A DNA stretch of 63,744 nucleotides, the filler included, from Octopus bimaculoides (lineage: Eukaryota), in NCBI RefSeq assembly GCF_001194135.2. It is 7 parts of 6 records of this genome, joined end to end, with 100 filler letters (N's around TTAATTAATTAA, not from the genome) between each part and the next. Parts side by side here need not be neighbours in the genome. Positions count along the whole stretch, not along the records: positions 1 to 13,443 come from NC_069006.1; positions 13,544 to 25,375 come from NC_068995.1; 5 more parts are not named here. One strand, 5' to 3'. This document shows, piece by piece, positions 11,460 through 23,581 of this stretch. Position 1 is the stretch's first letter, and every line of letters starts with the position of its first letter. The translations under genes were made by a program, and so were the position numbers. The notes beneath the pieces were generated by a model. That model was not told the origin of the DNA. It did not search any database and saw nothing but the letters and a program-made list of their open reading frames with translations.

Positions 11460-12199
11460 ACCAACCTAAATAGCTTAAATAATACTTTTCTTTCCATTCC
11501 AGAGATCAATTACGTTGCTAATGATTGGTTTAAAAGGAGACCAGAGAGAAGACAGTTTAAATTGGAGTAAATCTACGCTGAATTAGATGACAAGGGATTA
11601 AAATATTTCAAAGATTAAGGGAATTAATTGGAATTATTTAAGATTATGTTATGCAACACAACATACAGATGTGATTGTAATAACAACTTGGACCGACCCA
11701 GTACCTTTGAAATATGTGTTTATATTCATGCACATATAAATGAATATAAACTAAATTCGTCCTCGGTCGATATCGACGACGCTTATTTCTAACAGTCAAT
11801 TCTAGGGTGTCTATTGATAGGTTAAAATCGAAGAATTTCAACTGACACGTGCTTGCTTTTGATAAATATTTGGGATTTGAACTATACCAGTGGCGCCTAA
11901 AGTGGGCGGTACTTCCCAACTGGGTGGGGGGAAGATCCAGCCCTTGGGGGACGGTACTGAAGAACAGAGGGGGTGATAATGGGGTTGCTAAAAGGAGGCG
12001 ATAGATGTAAGAAAAAGATCCCAAATAAAGGGTTAATTTGGTTAAGTTTTATTTGTGAAATACAGTTGTTTGAATTTGATACAGAAAGTGGTCTCTGACT
12101 ATGGTGGTGTATGGTGGTGGTGGCGCGAAAAATTTTGGAAACCCTCTGATTTATACTGTTACATGGAAATAAGCTGAAAAATACAAACATTTGCATTAT

Positions 12200-12420
12200 A
12201 TGTGTGAGTGGTGTAGTGGCTTTGGCGTCATGGGTTCGATTCTAGGATGCTAGTTGTGACTTTCAGTGAGACATCGCTTTATTTTTACAGTTGTCTCAGT
12301 ATACTCAACTGAATATGATTACCATGGAGCACCTGCGGATTTAAAACAGCGACGGAATGTTGCTTTGTCCACGAGGAAACCTTGTATTTTCAGTCATTTA
12401 CATACAACGGAAACTGAGGT
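12200..12420 (+). mobile_element. Degenerate tRNA-derived CORE-like SINE
   Basis: TGGTGTAGTGG (A-box-like), GGGTTCGATTCT (B box), then TTACAGTTGTCTCAGTATACTCAACTG. Confidence 0.5.
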
Positions 12421-12583
12421 AATTTCCAGTATAATAAGTCCCTAGGCTTGAGACAAACTCAACTTTTAATAGACGCGCTTGACCTCAGCTACGCATATAA
12501 TATAACAATATTTCCATACTCATTTTCATATAGCAATTTACGCCCTTCGTTCTTCAGTAGCTATATATTTTTAAGTCCTTCAC

Positions 12584-12645
<62 letters not shown>

Positions 12646-12655
12646 NNNNNNNNNN

Positions 12656-12686
<31 letters not shown>

Positions 12687-13124
12687 GAGAGAGAGAGAGA
12701 TACACACATTTATACACACACACATATATATATACATACATGTATGTACGTATCGCTATCTCTCTCTCTCTCTCTCTATGTGTGTGTGTGTATATATATG
12801 TATATACATATGTATGCATGCAAGAATGTATGTCCTTCACTTTTGCTATTTCCAGCTACTCCAAAAGTACTTAAGGAAGTAACTCACCACAAACAACATT
12901 TTTATGTAACAAGTTACCGTCCTTATAAAAGTTTTTGCCAAAAGTGACGCTTCCTGAAACACAATATGGCTACACTTGATCTTTATAACGAAAGGAAAGG
13001 GTAAGTATGCGTCATAAGGGGAGTTATTCCAGGTGCAGATACTTAAACTCATAAAATTACGCTGGATCCCGGATTTAAGAAGTTGGTTCTCTTCATCGTC
13101 TCAAAACCGTTGTCATAACGTATG

Positions 13125-13443
13125 GGAACAAACTTACCAACGTACCATTCTCCGAGCCTTCCGGCAACTCCAGTCCGACCCCTCCTCTTCGCACATCTTC
13201 TCTAACCGACCTCTCCCCTCCTTCAAACGAGCCCACAACCTACGAGACCTCGTGGTCCACAGCTTCTTCCCTAACCCAACGTCTCAACCCGGCTCGTTCC
13301 CCTGCTCCCACACTTGCCCTTACCTCTCCGACACTACCCTCCTCACCGGCACCCATCATCGACCCTATGATATCACCGACTCCTTTACCTGCACTTCTAT
13401 CAATGTCATCTACTGCATCTCCTGCTCTCTCTGCCCTATATAC
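13125..13443 (+). mobile_element. Penelope-like (Neptune-type) element, linker and start of GIY-YIG endonuclease, cut by a gap
   Basis: RPLPSFKRAHNLRDLVV…GSFPCSHTCPYL…FTCTSINVIYCISCSLCPIY matches the PLE pattern NLRDLLV…C…CP…FTC.S.NVIY.I.C..C..YIG. Confidence 0.8.
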
Positions 13444-13543
13444 NNNNNNNNNNNNNNNNNNNNNNNNNNNNNNNNNNNNNNNNNNNNTTAATTAATTAAN
13501 NNNNNNNNNNNNNNNNNNNNNNNNNNNNNNNNNNNNNNNNNNN
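13444..13543. other. Artificial 100-bp scaffold linker, N44-TTAATTAATTAA-N44 (others centred near 25425, 35527, 50152, 55713, 62228)
   Basis: An identical six-frame-stop 12-mer is centred in N runs six times. Counted exactly here as 44+12+44 = 100 bp. Confidence 0.9.
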
Positions 13544-13713
13544 GCAAAAAATTGACTCTGATTCAGTTTCTCGCACATAATAAACAATGAATTATTTAGA
13601 AAAATAAAAAAAAACATGTTTATTAATAATATTAACCATTCAAATAGGGGTACTGGTATTAGAAAGCCCCCGAAAAATTCGGTAAAAATAAAGGTGGTAA
13701 AAGTAAAAATCTA

Positions 13714-13757
<44 letters not shown>

Positions 13758-13758
<1 letters not shown>

Positions 13759-15300
13759 TCAATTATTTGTTATTCATGGATGACCTCAAGCTTTATGGTA
13801 AAGATGAAGCTCTAGTCAGTTCCCTCGTTGATACGGTGTATACCTTCAGTGCTGATATTAGAATGGAGTTCAGACTGAGAAAGTGTTATGTGTTAATCTT
13901 GAAGAGAGGCAAAATCAAATGTATGGACGGGCTAACGATACCGTCGGGGGAGGTTATGAAGCAGATAGAAGAGACGGGCTATAAGTACTTGGGGATTTTA
14001 GAAATGGATAAATTGATGGAGAAAGAAGTGACAGAAAAATTTAAGGTGAAGTAATTGCGCAGACTGAGACTGATCCTTAAGTCGAAATTAAATGGACGGA
14101 ATAAGATTGAAGCTATCACCACCTGGGCGGTTTCACTCCTTAGATATGGAGCAGGGGTAATCGTATGGACAGTAGACGAACTAAACAGCTTAGAGAGAAA
14201 GACAAGGAAGTTGCTAAGTAGATATGGGACACTCCACCCAAAAAGTGACACACACAGACTATATGTACTAAGAAAAAGAGGTGGGAAAAGGACTTATTGG
14301 ATGCGAACACAGCATTAGAACAGAAGAAAACAACATAGCATGATATGTTAAAAATGCCACAGAACCGCTATTATTAGAAGTAAGAAGGTGAGGTAGGATG
14401 AAAGATTTGAAAGATAAAGCACAAGAAATTGAAAACGAATGAAATTGAAAATAGGTTGGTAAAGAAAAGAATGCATGGTCAATTTCATCGGGATGTTGAA
14501 GATAAGACAGATAGAGAAAAAGATGGCTGTGTATGACTAAAACTGATTTAAAACCGGAAACAGAGGTTCTAATCTGTGCTGCCCAAGAGCACCACTAGAA
14601 CAAACAACATAAAATACAGAATAGACAACACATCAGAAAGTGATAAGTGCAGAATCTGTGGACAAAATAGTGAAACTGTGTGGCATATTACCAGCCAATG
14701 TACACCACTAGCTCAGAAGGAATATAAGAGACGCCACGACAATATAGCCAGGCTTGTCCATTGGACACTTTGCAACAAGTATGGACTTGACAGAGCAAAA
14801 TATTGGTACGATCACAAACCCGAAGGCATCATCGAACATAAAAATGCAAAGATCCTGTGGGATTTTATGATTCAGTGCGACCATGAGATAGAAAATAGGA
14901 AGCCAGACATAGTCTTAATTGAGAAAGTAAACAAACTATGCTGGATCATAGATATAGCATGCCCAGCCGACATCAAGGTATGCGATAAGGAAGAAAGAAA
15001 AGTCGAGAGGTGTGACAGGTTAACTTGGGAAGTTAAGCAGTTGTGGTCGATGAAAAAGGTGGCAGTAGTACCAATAATTATCGGAGCCCTGGAAACAGTG
15101 AGCAAATATCTGGAGAAGTACGTGAAACAAATAGGGGCTGCACTAAGGGTGAAGCACTTGTAGAAAACAGCATTGCTTGACATCGCCCGAATACTCCGGA
15201 AGGTGCTCGAAAAATAAGAGGTGTCACCTTAGTTCACTGATAGTGAACAGCTGACACCGTAGTACATCTCCAGCGTTAGAAGCTGTGCAAAGGCAATGAT
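13758..15300 (+). mobile_element. 5'-truncated R4/Dong-like RLE LINE (RT C-terminus, CCHC zinc knuckle, RLE endonuclease, 3' UTR), degenerate
   Basis: LLFMDDLKLYGK, YKYLGILE, LNGRNKIEAITTWAV, CRICGQNSETVWHITSQC, RHDNIAR, NRKPDIVL…IIDIACP.D, VVPIIIGAL. Flanked by (AAT)n on both sides. Confidence 0.92.
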
Positions 15301-15301
15301 A

Positions 15302-15332
<31 letters not shown>

Positions 15333-15333
<1 letters not shown>

Positions 15334-16808
15334 CTTGACCGGGTAGTCAATACTGTCCAGGGAATATGCACTACGCGCAAAGATAACAAGACAGTTAGTA
15401 ACTATGGTATCGGGAACAACACTAATAAAAATGAAAATAAAAATAAAAACATAAGTTCTTCACACAAACCCCAAACTAATTATTGGGATAAGAAGTATAG
15501 CGTACATAAAGGTAAAAACGGGAATAAACGTGACGTAAAATAGTATAACTCCACTCACTTCAATTACATAAGAGATACTATTATATGTAGAAAATTATTT
15601 AGCATGCTAAAGTGCAATTTCCCTCCTTCACACAAATATTACCGTTTATTCTCCCATAGAAATGTTAAGGTCTCTTACTCAACACTCCCTAATCTAGGTA
15701 CAAATATAGCTGGCCTGAATAAGAAGCTCATATCCATGGCCTGGAAAATTAATAATAATACCCCGAACAGCACTGCTCCTAATAAGAATTGCAGTAGGAA
15801 TAACAATAATAATAATAATATTAATATTCCTCCTATCACTACCATCTCAACCGACATTAATACTGTACACGCCGATATCATCAGCGAACAAGTCCTGTCA
15901 GTAGATATAATTTTGGCATCAATCAACCTGCCACTAAAATGGACAGTAGCTGTAACAACTCTGCCGCAACAGCTAATGGTAGCAGGTTATTGATTCCATT
16001 AACTTAAGCTCACACCATACCACTCCCTACAACCTTACAACCCTAACACTCTCTCCACTAGCAGGTCAGAACCACCTACTTACTTCCATTCATGTTGTCG
16101 ATATGTTCAACGTACACTGTCCATCCTCGATCCTCTAGTATCACTATCTGAAAGCCAAATCTCTTACAACAGTGCTTAGTACCAACATTCTCCGACCCTG
16201 GGCTCCGTAACTAATTATATTAGTATTGATCCTAGTAATATAAACTCCGGTAACAATCATGCGAACACCAGTAATTCTTGCGAATTTGAACTATTACGCC
16301 ATAATAACGTAGGATTGCGTACCCGTAATAATAAAGTTCATGTCTTGGAAAATGTTGAGTGCAATTGCTTAGGTAAAATGTCATGTCCGCTTTCTGGTCG
16401 ATGTCTAGCAGTAAATGCGGTTTACAAATGTAATGTTGTGACGGAGACCAATACTTGTACTTATATTGGCTACTCCGTAAATCTCAAGGAATGCTTACGT
16501 AACCACTATTCTTACTTTGAATTAAGACACATAGAGCGGGTAGAACTTCTCTAGCCACGAAGATTTGGGAGCTCAAGATCGACAATGTTGAATTTGATTT
16601 GAGCTGGGACATTATTAGGGCCGCTAAACTGTACTCAAACAGCAGATAAGGGTGCAGGCTTTGCTGCACGGAATTGTTTGAAATTTTGAAGAGATCAAAT
16701 TGCGAAAATCTAGTAAATAATAAACTAGACTTTCGTCTAGCATATATAAGGCTACCCGCACCATTAAATATTTTAAGGACATTAAACGACCTCTATAAAA
16801 GCTCTTAA
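15333..16808 (+). mobile_element. Naiad-like Penelope element, RT thumb to GIY-YIG endonuclease, pseudogenised
   Basis: RDVK*YN…FPPSHKYYRLFSHRNVKVSYSTLPNL, then CNC…CPLSGRC…VYKC…YIG, then (after a frameshift) TSLATKIWELK…SWDII…CRLCCTE. This motif order is that of Naiad/Chlamys PLEs. Confidence 0.8.
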
Positions 16809-17960
16809 CCGAGGGTTAATCTAATTTACTCCCTCTATTGTTGACCCAAAAGTCGATTGATCTGTTTAATTGTTTTGAGTCCTTCAAGTCTCGTTCTTCT
16901 TTACCATCACTTCCTAACCATTCTTACTATACTTGCATCGTGTGCTATATTGAAGGAACTAATCATTCTATTTGTGGCGTCTCCAGTATTATGCAATAGC
17001 GATAGCAAAGATATCTAACCTAGAAGTAGCAGCCTACACACCCTAGCCAGTTCTTTTCTAATCCCACTAAGTAAGTAAGCCTTATACCAAGATACAGTTA
17101 TTTGTGCTGTGCTTGTTAAATAATAGATGGAACACCCAATCTAATCCTCTTACCCGCGACTATTCTCTGGAGTTGTATTACCTAATTCACACAATGGTGA
17201 TTGTATTATCTAATTAAATAATATCGACACCACCTATATAACAGTCCAAATTGTTAATCATTAGACTACTTCCTACAGCTGGCTTTTTTTGATATCCTAT
17301 CTGGTATTTCCTCTAACTCCGTACTAGGTGTAGTTTATCCTCACGATAAGTAGTACTCTACTATTACTACCAGGTTTTTGCTCTCCAGGCAAACATGTCC
17401 TAATATTACAAGCGGTCTCCACTAACCCTTACAACAACACTCTATATCTTTCCACTTAACCAGATAAATCAATCGCGCTTAACACTACAATTCCTTAAAA
17501 GTTAAATCTCATTATTCGATTGCTTTCATACCTTTACCCAATATTTAAACTATACCCATAGAATACCCCTAAATTCTATGTATCTCTGTCCTCTTCCCTT
17601 TGTTCTTTACCCTTATCTCTCGAATGCATACATAAACCTAATTGGCTTATGTATGCATTTATTTTTCTTTACTTTTACTTTTTGCTTTTTTTATTCTTTC
17701 TTTGTTCTTTATCCTTAACTTAACTTCGGTCCTCTCCCAGCTACCTACTTCTCCAAGCATAATATGATAAAATATCACCAAGCTTCGTGGCGCGGTCTTT
17801 TCTCTAGTCCTTGAAGGCTTGGTATAAAAATCGGCCCTTTCTCGTCTTGTATGAGCAATAACGAACATCTTCATGCACTACCTGCCTGATAAGAAACTCA
17901 GACACTCCCATTTTCTTGGTGATAGTGCCCAACTGACCGTACTATACTTTGTAGTAAAAA
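16809..17960 (+). mobile_element. Probable non-coding tail of the Penelope-like element
   Basis: A C/T-rich stretch continues directly from the endonuclease stop and ends in an A run. The assignment is an inference. Confidence 0.4.
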
Positions 17961-18044
17961 AAAAAAAAAATGGGTATGCATGAAATTAGAAATATAAAAT
18001 GGCGACAATTTACCCATCACACCTTGTATATATATATTCTTTTA

Positions 18045-18110
18045 TTCTTTTCCTTGTTTGCGTCATTTAACTGCAGTCATGTTGGAGCACCGCCTTGTGT
18101 GAGTGTATGT
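18045..18110 (-). mobile_element. SINE family A tail end
   Basis: CTTGTTTGCGTCATTTAACTGCAGTCATGTTGGAGCACCGCC. Confidence 0.7.
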
Positions 18111-18111
18111 A

Positions 18112-18147
<36 letters not shown>

Positions 18148-18824
18148 GGTGCANNNNNNNNNNNNNNNNNNNNNNNNNNNNNNNNNNNNNNNNNNNNNNN
18201 NNNNNNNNNNNNNNNNNNNNNNNNNNNNNNNNNNNNNNNNNNNNNNNNNNNNNNNNNNNNNNNNNNNNNNNNNNNNNNNNNNNNNNNNNNNNNNNNNNNN
18301 NNNNNNNNNNNNNNNNNNNNNNNNNNNNNNNNNNNNNNNNNNNNNNNNNNNNNNNNNNNNNNNNNNNNNNNNNNNNNNNNNNNNNNNNNNNNNNNNNNNN
18401 NNNNNNNNNNNNNNNNNNNNNNNNNNNNNNNNNNNNNNNNNNNNNNNNNNNNNNNNNNNNNNNNNNNNNNNNNNNNNNNNNNNNNNNNNNNNNNNNNNNN
18501 NNNNNNNNNNNNNNNNNNNNNNNNNNNNNNNNNNNNNNNNNNNNNNNNNNNNNNNNNNNNNNNNNNNNNNNNNNNNNNNNNNNNNNNNNNNNNNNNNNNN
18601 NNNNNNNNNNNNNNNNNNNNNNNNNNNNNNNNNNNNNNNNNNNNNNNNNNNNNNNNNNNNNNNNNNNNNNNNNNNNNNNNNNNNNNNNNNNNNNNNNNNN
18701 NNNNNNNNNNNNNNNNNNNNNNNNNNNNNNNNNNNNNNNNNNNNNNNNNNNNNNNNNNNNNNNNNNNNNNNNNNNNNNNNNNNNNNNNNNNNNNNNNNNN
18801 NNNNNNNNNNNNNNNNNNNNNNNN

Positions 18825-18873
<49 letters not shown>

Positions 18874-20239
18874 ACACACACAAGCAGTTCATCTCGGCGT
18901 TGCCCGGGTGCTATGACCTACAAGCAATTGTATTCCTTGCTCCTTTCTTTTGGGCAGAACCGGCACAGCTGATATATATAGTTAATGGAAGTTATTGTTT
19001 GTTTAATAGTGAAGGGCGAGGGTGCAATTTGCATGAAAGTGCATTCTGTTCTTAAGAAGGATCAGAAACTATGTATTATTTTATCGTACAAAAAGAGGTT
19101 AATACGATTTTGTTCAGAAATCACGTTTTCAAAATATTAATTTCCCCCTATCCTCACCGCAATTTCTTAATTTGTAACTTTTTTTTTGTCTACGTAGATA
19201 CAGAGATTACGAATCTGGAAAAAAAAAGATATTTTATAGTTTAATTTTTCTTAAGAAAACACTCGATGCCCCTTCCCCCACCTCGCTCCCCCATCTTTCA
19301 AAAAGCTAAAATCTCACTTTTGTCTGATGTTTTCCGCATGCGCAGAATTCTACTGAAATAGTAGACTTAAAAAATACCAGACTACCACCAGCAAACCCGA
19401 CATGCTAGAAACAACAGGTAAATGACGTTATTTCTGAAGAAACTCTCCCGCTTTCCAAAAAGCTAAAAGTGAAACATTGGGAGTGTGTAGTTTTTCGAAA
19501 GTGGTGAGGTAATAGGTAGAATTCTTAAAGATTCGTACTCTTTTTTTCTTCATGGATTACCAAGAATAAAAAAATGAATTTGGTGTGGAGATGGAGAAAA
19601 TTAAAATATTGAGAACGTGTTTTCTGGGTGAAATCCTAATCTCTTGTATCGCAAACATAAGAATCGGAAGAAATTTAGGAAAAAAATAAGGTGGGGGACG
19701 GAGATGTCACCTCGGACATGCTAGATAGAAGAGGTAAAGGACAGAATTTCCTTTTAAGTTTATATCGAAGATCAGGTTTATAAATACGCTCATCATAAAC
19801 ACAAATTACGCAATAGAAAAAGATAATTTCAATTGGATTTGAGCTGTAATTTGCGCGAGCACAATGCATGAATTAACATAATTTGCACCGAAGTTTTACT
19901 TAGAGTGTGCGTATGTGCATGTGTGTGTGCATGTGTGTATGTGTGTGTGTATGTGTGTGTATGTATGTGTATGTGTGTGTGTGTATGTGTGTGTATGTGT
20001 GTGAAAGGAATGCTATTTTATAGCATTCTTTCGTTTTTGAAGCAAAGTTGTCAACTCGACATATATGGGATCATATGATTGTTCGTTAATTTCTGTAAAA
20101 TTGTTTTAATTTCTGTATGCTTTGAAGAGAGCAGAAATTGAAAGGGAGGATAAAGTGAAAAGGCGACATTTGCTTTGAAGTGAGAGGATAAAGTAAAAGA
20201 GATGAGAAAGTGTAAGATGTACGTGTATATGAAATGGAC

Positions 20240-20256
20240 GTCTGTGAGAGGGAGAA

Positions 20257-20311
<55 letters not shown>

Positions 20312-20617
20312 AAGAGAGAGTGAATGAATGAATGAAGGTGTGTGTTGTGATGTATGAATTTTTTTGCATGTATGTGTAAGTGGCACTCACTAATTATCTC
20401 TCTCTCTTTCTTTCTCTCTCTCTCTTTCTTTCTCTCTCTCTCTTTCTTTCTCTCTCTCTCTCTTTCTTTCTCTGTCTCTCTCTTTCTTTCTCTCTCTCTC
20501 TCTCTTTCTTTCTCTCTTTCTCTTCTCTCTTTCTTTATCTCTCTCTCTCTTTCTTTCTCTCTCTCTCTTTCTTTCTCTCTCTCTCTTTCTGTCTCTCTCT
20601 CTCTCTCTCTCTTTCTT

Positions 20618-20680
<63 letters not shown>
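20240..20680. repeat. (GA)n followed by a compound (CT)n/(CTTT)n tract
   Basis: Visible directly; it explains the ER- and LS-repeat ORFs. Confidence 0.95.
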
Positions 20681-20703
20681 TATTATTTTTCATACACACG
20701 TAG

Positions 20704-20792
20704 GCAGGGGTAAAGAATATGCACACCACCCGTTTTCGGCGTAAACCTAAACTTAACTCTAAACACCGGGAGTGCGTATTCTTTACCTTTGC
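20704..20792. mobile_element. 89-bp MITE-like hairpin element with ~24-bp TIRs
   Basis: GCAGGGGTAAAGAATATGCACACC versus GGGAGTGCGTATTCTTTACCTTTGC (reverse complement GCAAAGGTAAAGAATACGCACTCCC). Confidence 0.6.
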
Positions 20793-20816
20793 TCATAGAT
20801 ACATATGCATACATTT

Positions 20817-20848
<32 letters not shown>

Positions 20849-21959
20849 GCTGTATTTTCTTATAACATGTAGAAAAATGGATCTCTTTTAATGCCATGTT
20901 TTTGGTCGTGGCTTATTTTAATACAATATTTATGTGTACATTTTCATAATTGTTTGTCTAAGTAGAATTCTACGCATGCGTGAAACATCGGACGAAAGTG
21001 AAACGTTAAAAGCAAATCGAAATATTTTCCGAAAATGACCTCAAGATTGTGTGACCCAGCCTAGTTGCCAAGGTTATTTTAGTTGTAAAAGAGAGTTGTT
21101 GAGTCAAAAACATAGTTTATTTGGTAGACAGATAATAAGCAGCTTTCATTATAATACAGATATGACTAATTCTGAGAAACAGTACTTTCATTATTCACAC
21201 ATCGTCACTCTCGTAAGGCAACACTTCGTAATTTTGGTTCAAATTGGAAGTGTGAAACTATTTACATTTTGTAATGAAACCTGGCCGGTGTAGAGAAGTG
21301 TATTTGAAATAGCTATAGCTGGTTGTTGCGATAACGTAGAAAATATGTAAATGAAAATAAAGTTTATTTGGCAAGTGTAATTGAATTGATTGTTCTGGTC
21401 TTAACATCAGTTGGTAAGAATAGAAAATCATTTGATGACACCTTTTTGTTTGTAATTGGCTATCTTGTTGCAGGTTCAATCCGTGGAATATTGAAATGAT
21501 GCCCATCTTGTCCATTCTACAGAATAAGAATATACTGGAGAGTATGATAAGAGGGATGAGTCTTTGAAACACGTTTAAGGTTGTTATCTCGAAAACGACT
21601 GAGAATATCAGGATTTTTATGGGGATTACCAACCATAAGGATGGCTACTTCATTAGACGTGTGCTCATTAAACCAGCGTAAAATGTTCTTTACTATAGTT
21701 TACTAGAGACATAACGAACGCAGAAACACACACACATACACACACTCATAAAATTGATAATATTGAAAAGAGCAAAACGTAGGCACACGAAGTTCAAGCG
21801 AAACGAAATGTAGTCAATATAGGAACAAAACATACTCTCTGTAGCATAGTTATGCTATAAAAATATGGAAAGTCACCAACTTAACAAACGTTGGTATGCG
21901 TCACCAATGTAAGAAAGTACAGAAAGTCAACATTTAGAACTTGTACTAAATTTTATAAA

Positions 21960-22374
21960 ATTCACGATTGAATGAATGCAGTAATGGTGCGAGTAGCAGT
22001 ACCTGGAGGAGGGATGCGGGTGGGAATCCTTGAGGGACCGAACATGCGATGCTAAACGATTCCGACAGGTTGCCATTTACTTTGACCACCGAACACATGT
22101 CGCTGTACATTGCAGCGATCCAGCCTCTGAAAACGGGACCTAAACCAGCCGCCTTAAGGACAGCCCCCAAGTACTGATGGTCGACTCTATTGAAAACTTT
22201 CGATTGATCCAAATTGATCAGGGCCCTACCCATGCCAGGTTCTTTACTAACTCTCTCTATGATATATTGCGTGAGGTGGTGGTTGTCGTGGATAAATCTG
22301 TTGGGGATAGCGCAAGTCTGCGCATCACCCACCAGTCTGTGAACGACAAGCGCCAACCTCTTTGCTAACACCAG
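21960..22374 (-). mobile_element. L1/Tx1-like LINE reverse transcriptase fragment
   Basis: LAKRL…AQTCAIPNR.IHDN…ALINLDQSKVFNRVDH…VKVNGNLSESF…SVPQG, matching RT domains 2-4 of the L1/Tx1 type. Confidence 0.9.
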
Positions 22375-22850
22375 AAACTGAAGACCGGTGGCTATGGATG
22401 AAGAATAGTGACCTGAAGATAGAGAAATAAGTACTTATATGCGCATCACAAGAACAAGCGTCAAAGACTAACTCTATGAAGTGCAGAATCGACAACACTA
22501 CCGACAGTGACAAATACAGAATGTGTGGTGAGAGGGGTGAAACGGTATGGCACATTGTTAGCGAATGTCCGAAATTGGCACAACACGATTACAAAAGACA
22601 CTGGGATCTCTGTGGAAATCACGACCTACAGAGAGCCATGAGGTGGTATGAGAAAACCCCAGAAGGAGTCACCGAGAATGAAGAGTGCAAAGTCCTATGG
22701 ATGCAATAATTCAGTGCGATCACCTGACCAGACATCGGAAACCGGTCATTATTGTGTTGAATAAAAAAGAAAGAAGTTTCATGATAATCGACATAGCATG
22801 TCCCGGTGACAACAGGATCAAAGAGAAAGAGGAAAAACTGAACAAATAAT
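22375..22850 (+). mobile_element. R4/Dong-like LINE fragment (CCHC and RLE region)
   Basis: WLWMKNSDLK, YRMCGERGETVWHIVSEC, and HRKPVIIV…IIDIACPGD. Collinear with about 14510-15000. Confidence 0.88.
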
Positions 22851-23199
22851 TATGGTTTCTGATTTTGCTCTCCAATTCTCTCTTGATATGACATGTAATA
22901 GCTTTCATTTTGTTTAAAACTTCGTCGCTGTAATGTTTACTTTCATTTTGTGATCTGATTAGATAAGAATAATCAAACTCTAAACGTCTATAACCTTTTC
23001 AAAAATTTGTCTGGAATAACAGTCGGATTTAGCGTGAAAAGTTACATCAATATACCAAATTTGAAAATTCTCACATAATCTTAAAATTTCAGAATCTCTG
23101 ACAGCAACAGAAAAGCTCCCCTCTCTCTCTATCTGCCTCTTTCTGAGCATTGAATGCATTAATTAGATGATTAGCACACAAGAGCCTCTGTCACACAAA

Positions 23200-23581
23200 C
23201 TCAGGAGACGATGTCTCATTTCAGTTCAAACTACCTCAATTTCCACTGAGTCTTAGTTTTGCCAGGACCACCAACAAATCCTAAGGGCAAATATTTTCGG
23301 TCGCTGGTTTACACCTTGAGGAGCCCTGCTTCACCCATGGTCAGCTTTACGATGGATGTTCAAGAGTAGAAAATTAAAATAAAAAAAACTTTATATCTAT
23401 ACACCAAATAGAAAACCAAACAAAACTTCTTTTATAGATACATTATAGGTTGCACCCAAATAATGCAGAAATACGCCCTACCCTCGCCGGGAAGACATGG
23501 TCTGACATGGAATAAAATAAAACTAATATAAAGGAATTCAAGTGTGAAAATTATCCGGCAAACGACGGGGTAATCAGCTAG
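23200..23581 (+). mobile_element. Helitron 3' remnant (PIF1 helicase motifs V-VI and CTAG terminus)
   Basis: QFPLSLSFARTTNKS*GQIFSVAGLHLEEPCFTHGQLYDGCSRV. Ends CCGGCAAACGACGGGGTAATCAGCTAG|T, a degenerate subterminal hairpin plus CTAG followed by T. Confidence 0.85.

Noticed and set aside
12856-13000. Exon-like cassette with TTCCAG acceptor and GG|GTAAGT donor
   Set aside because: All three frames contain stops. It could be non-coding, but nothing else supports it.
16358-16670. Selenocysteine recoding, reported for some Naiad elements
   Set aside because: The conserved Cys codons here are TGC/TGT and the internal endonuclease stop is TAA. No evidence for Sec in this copy.
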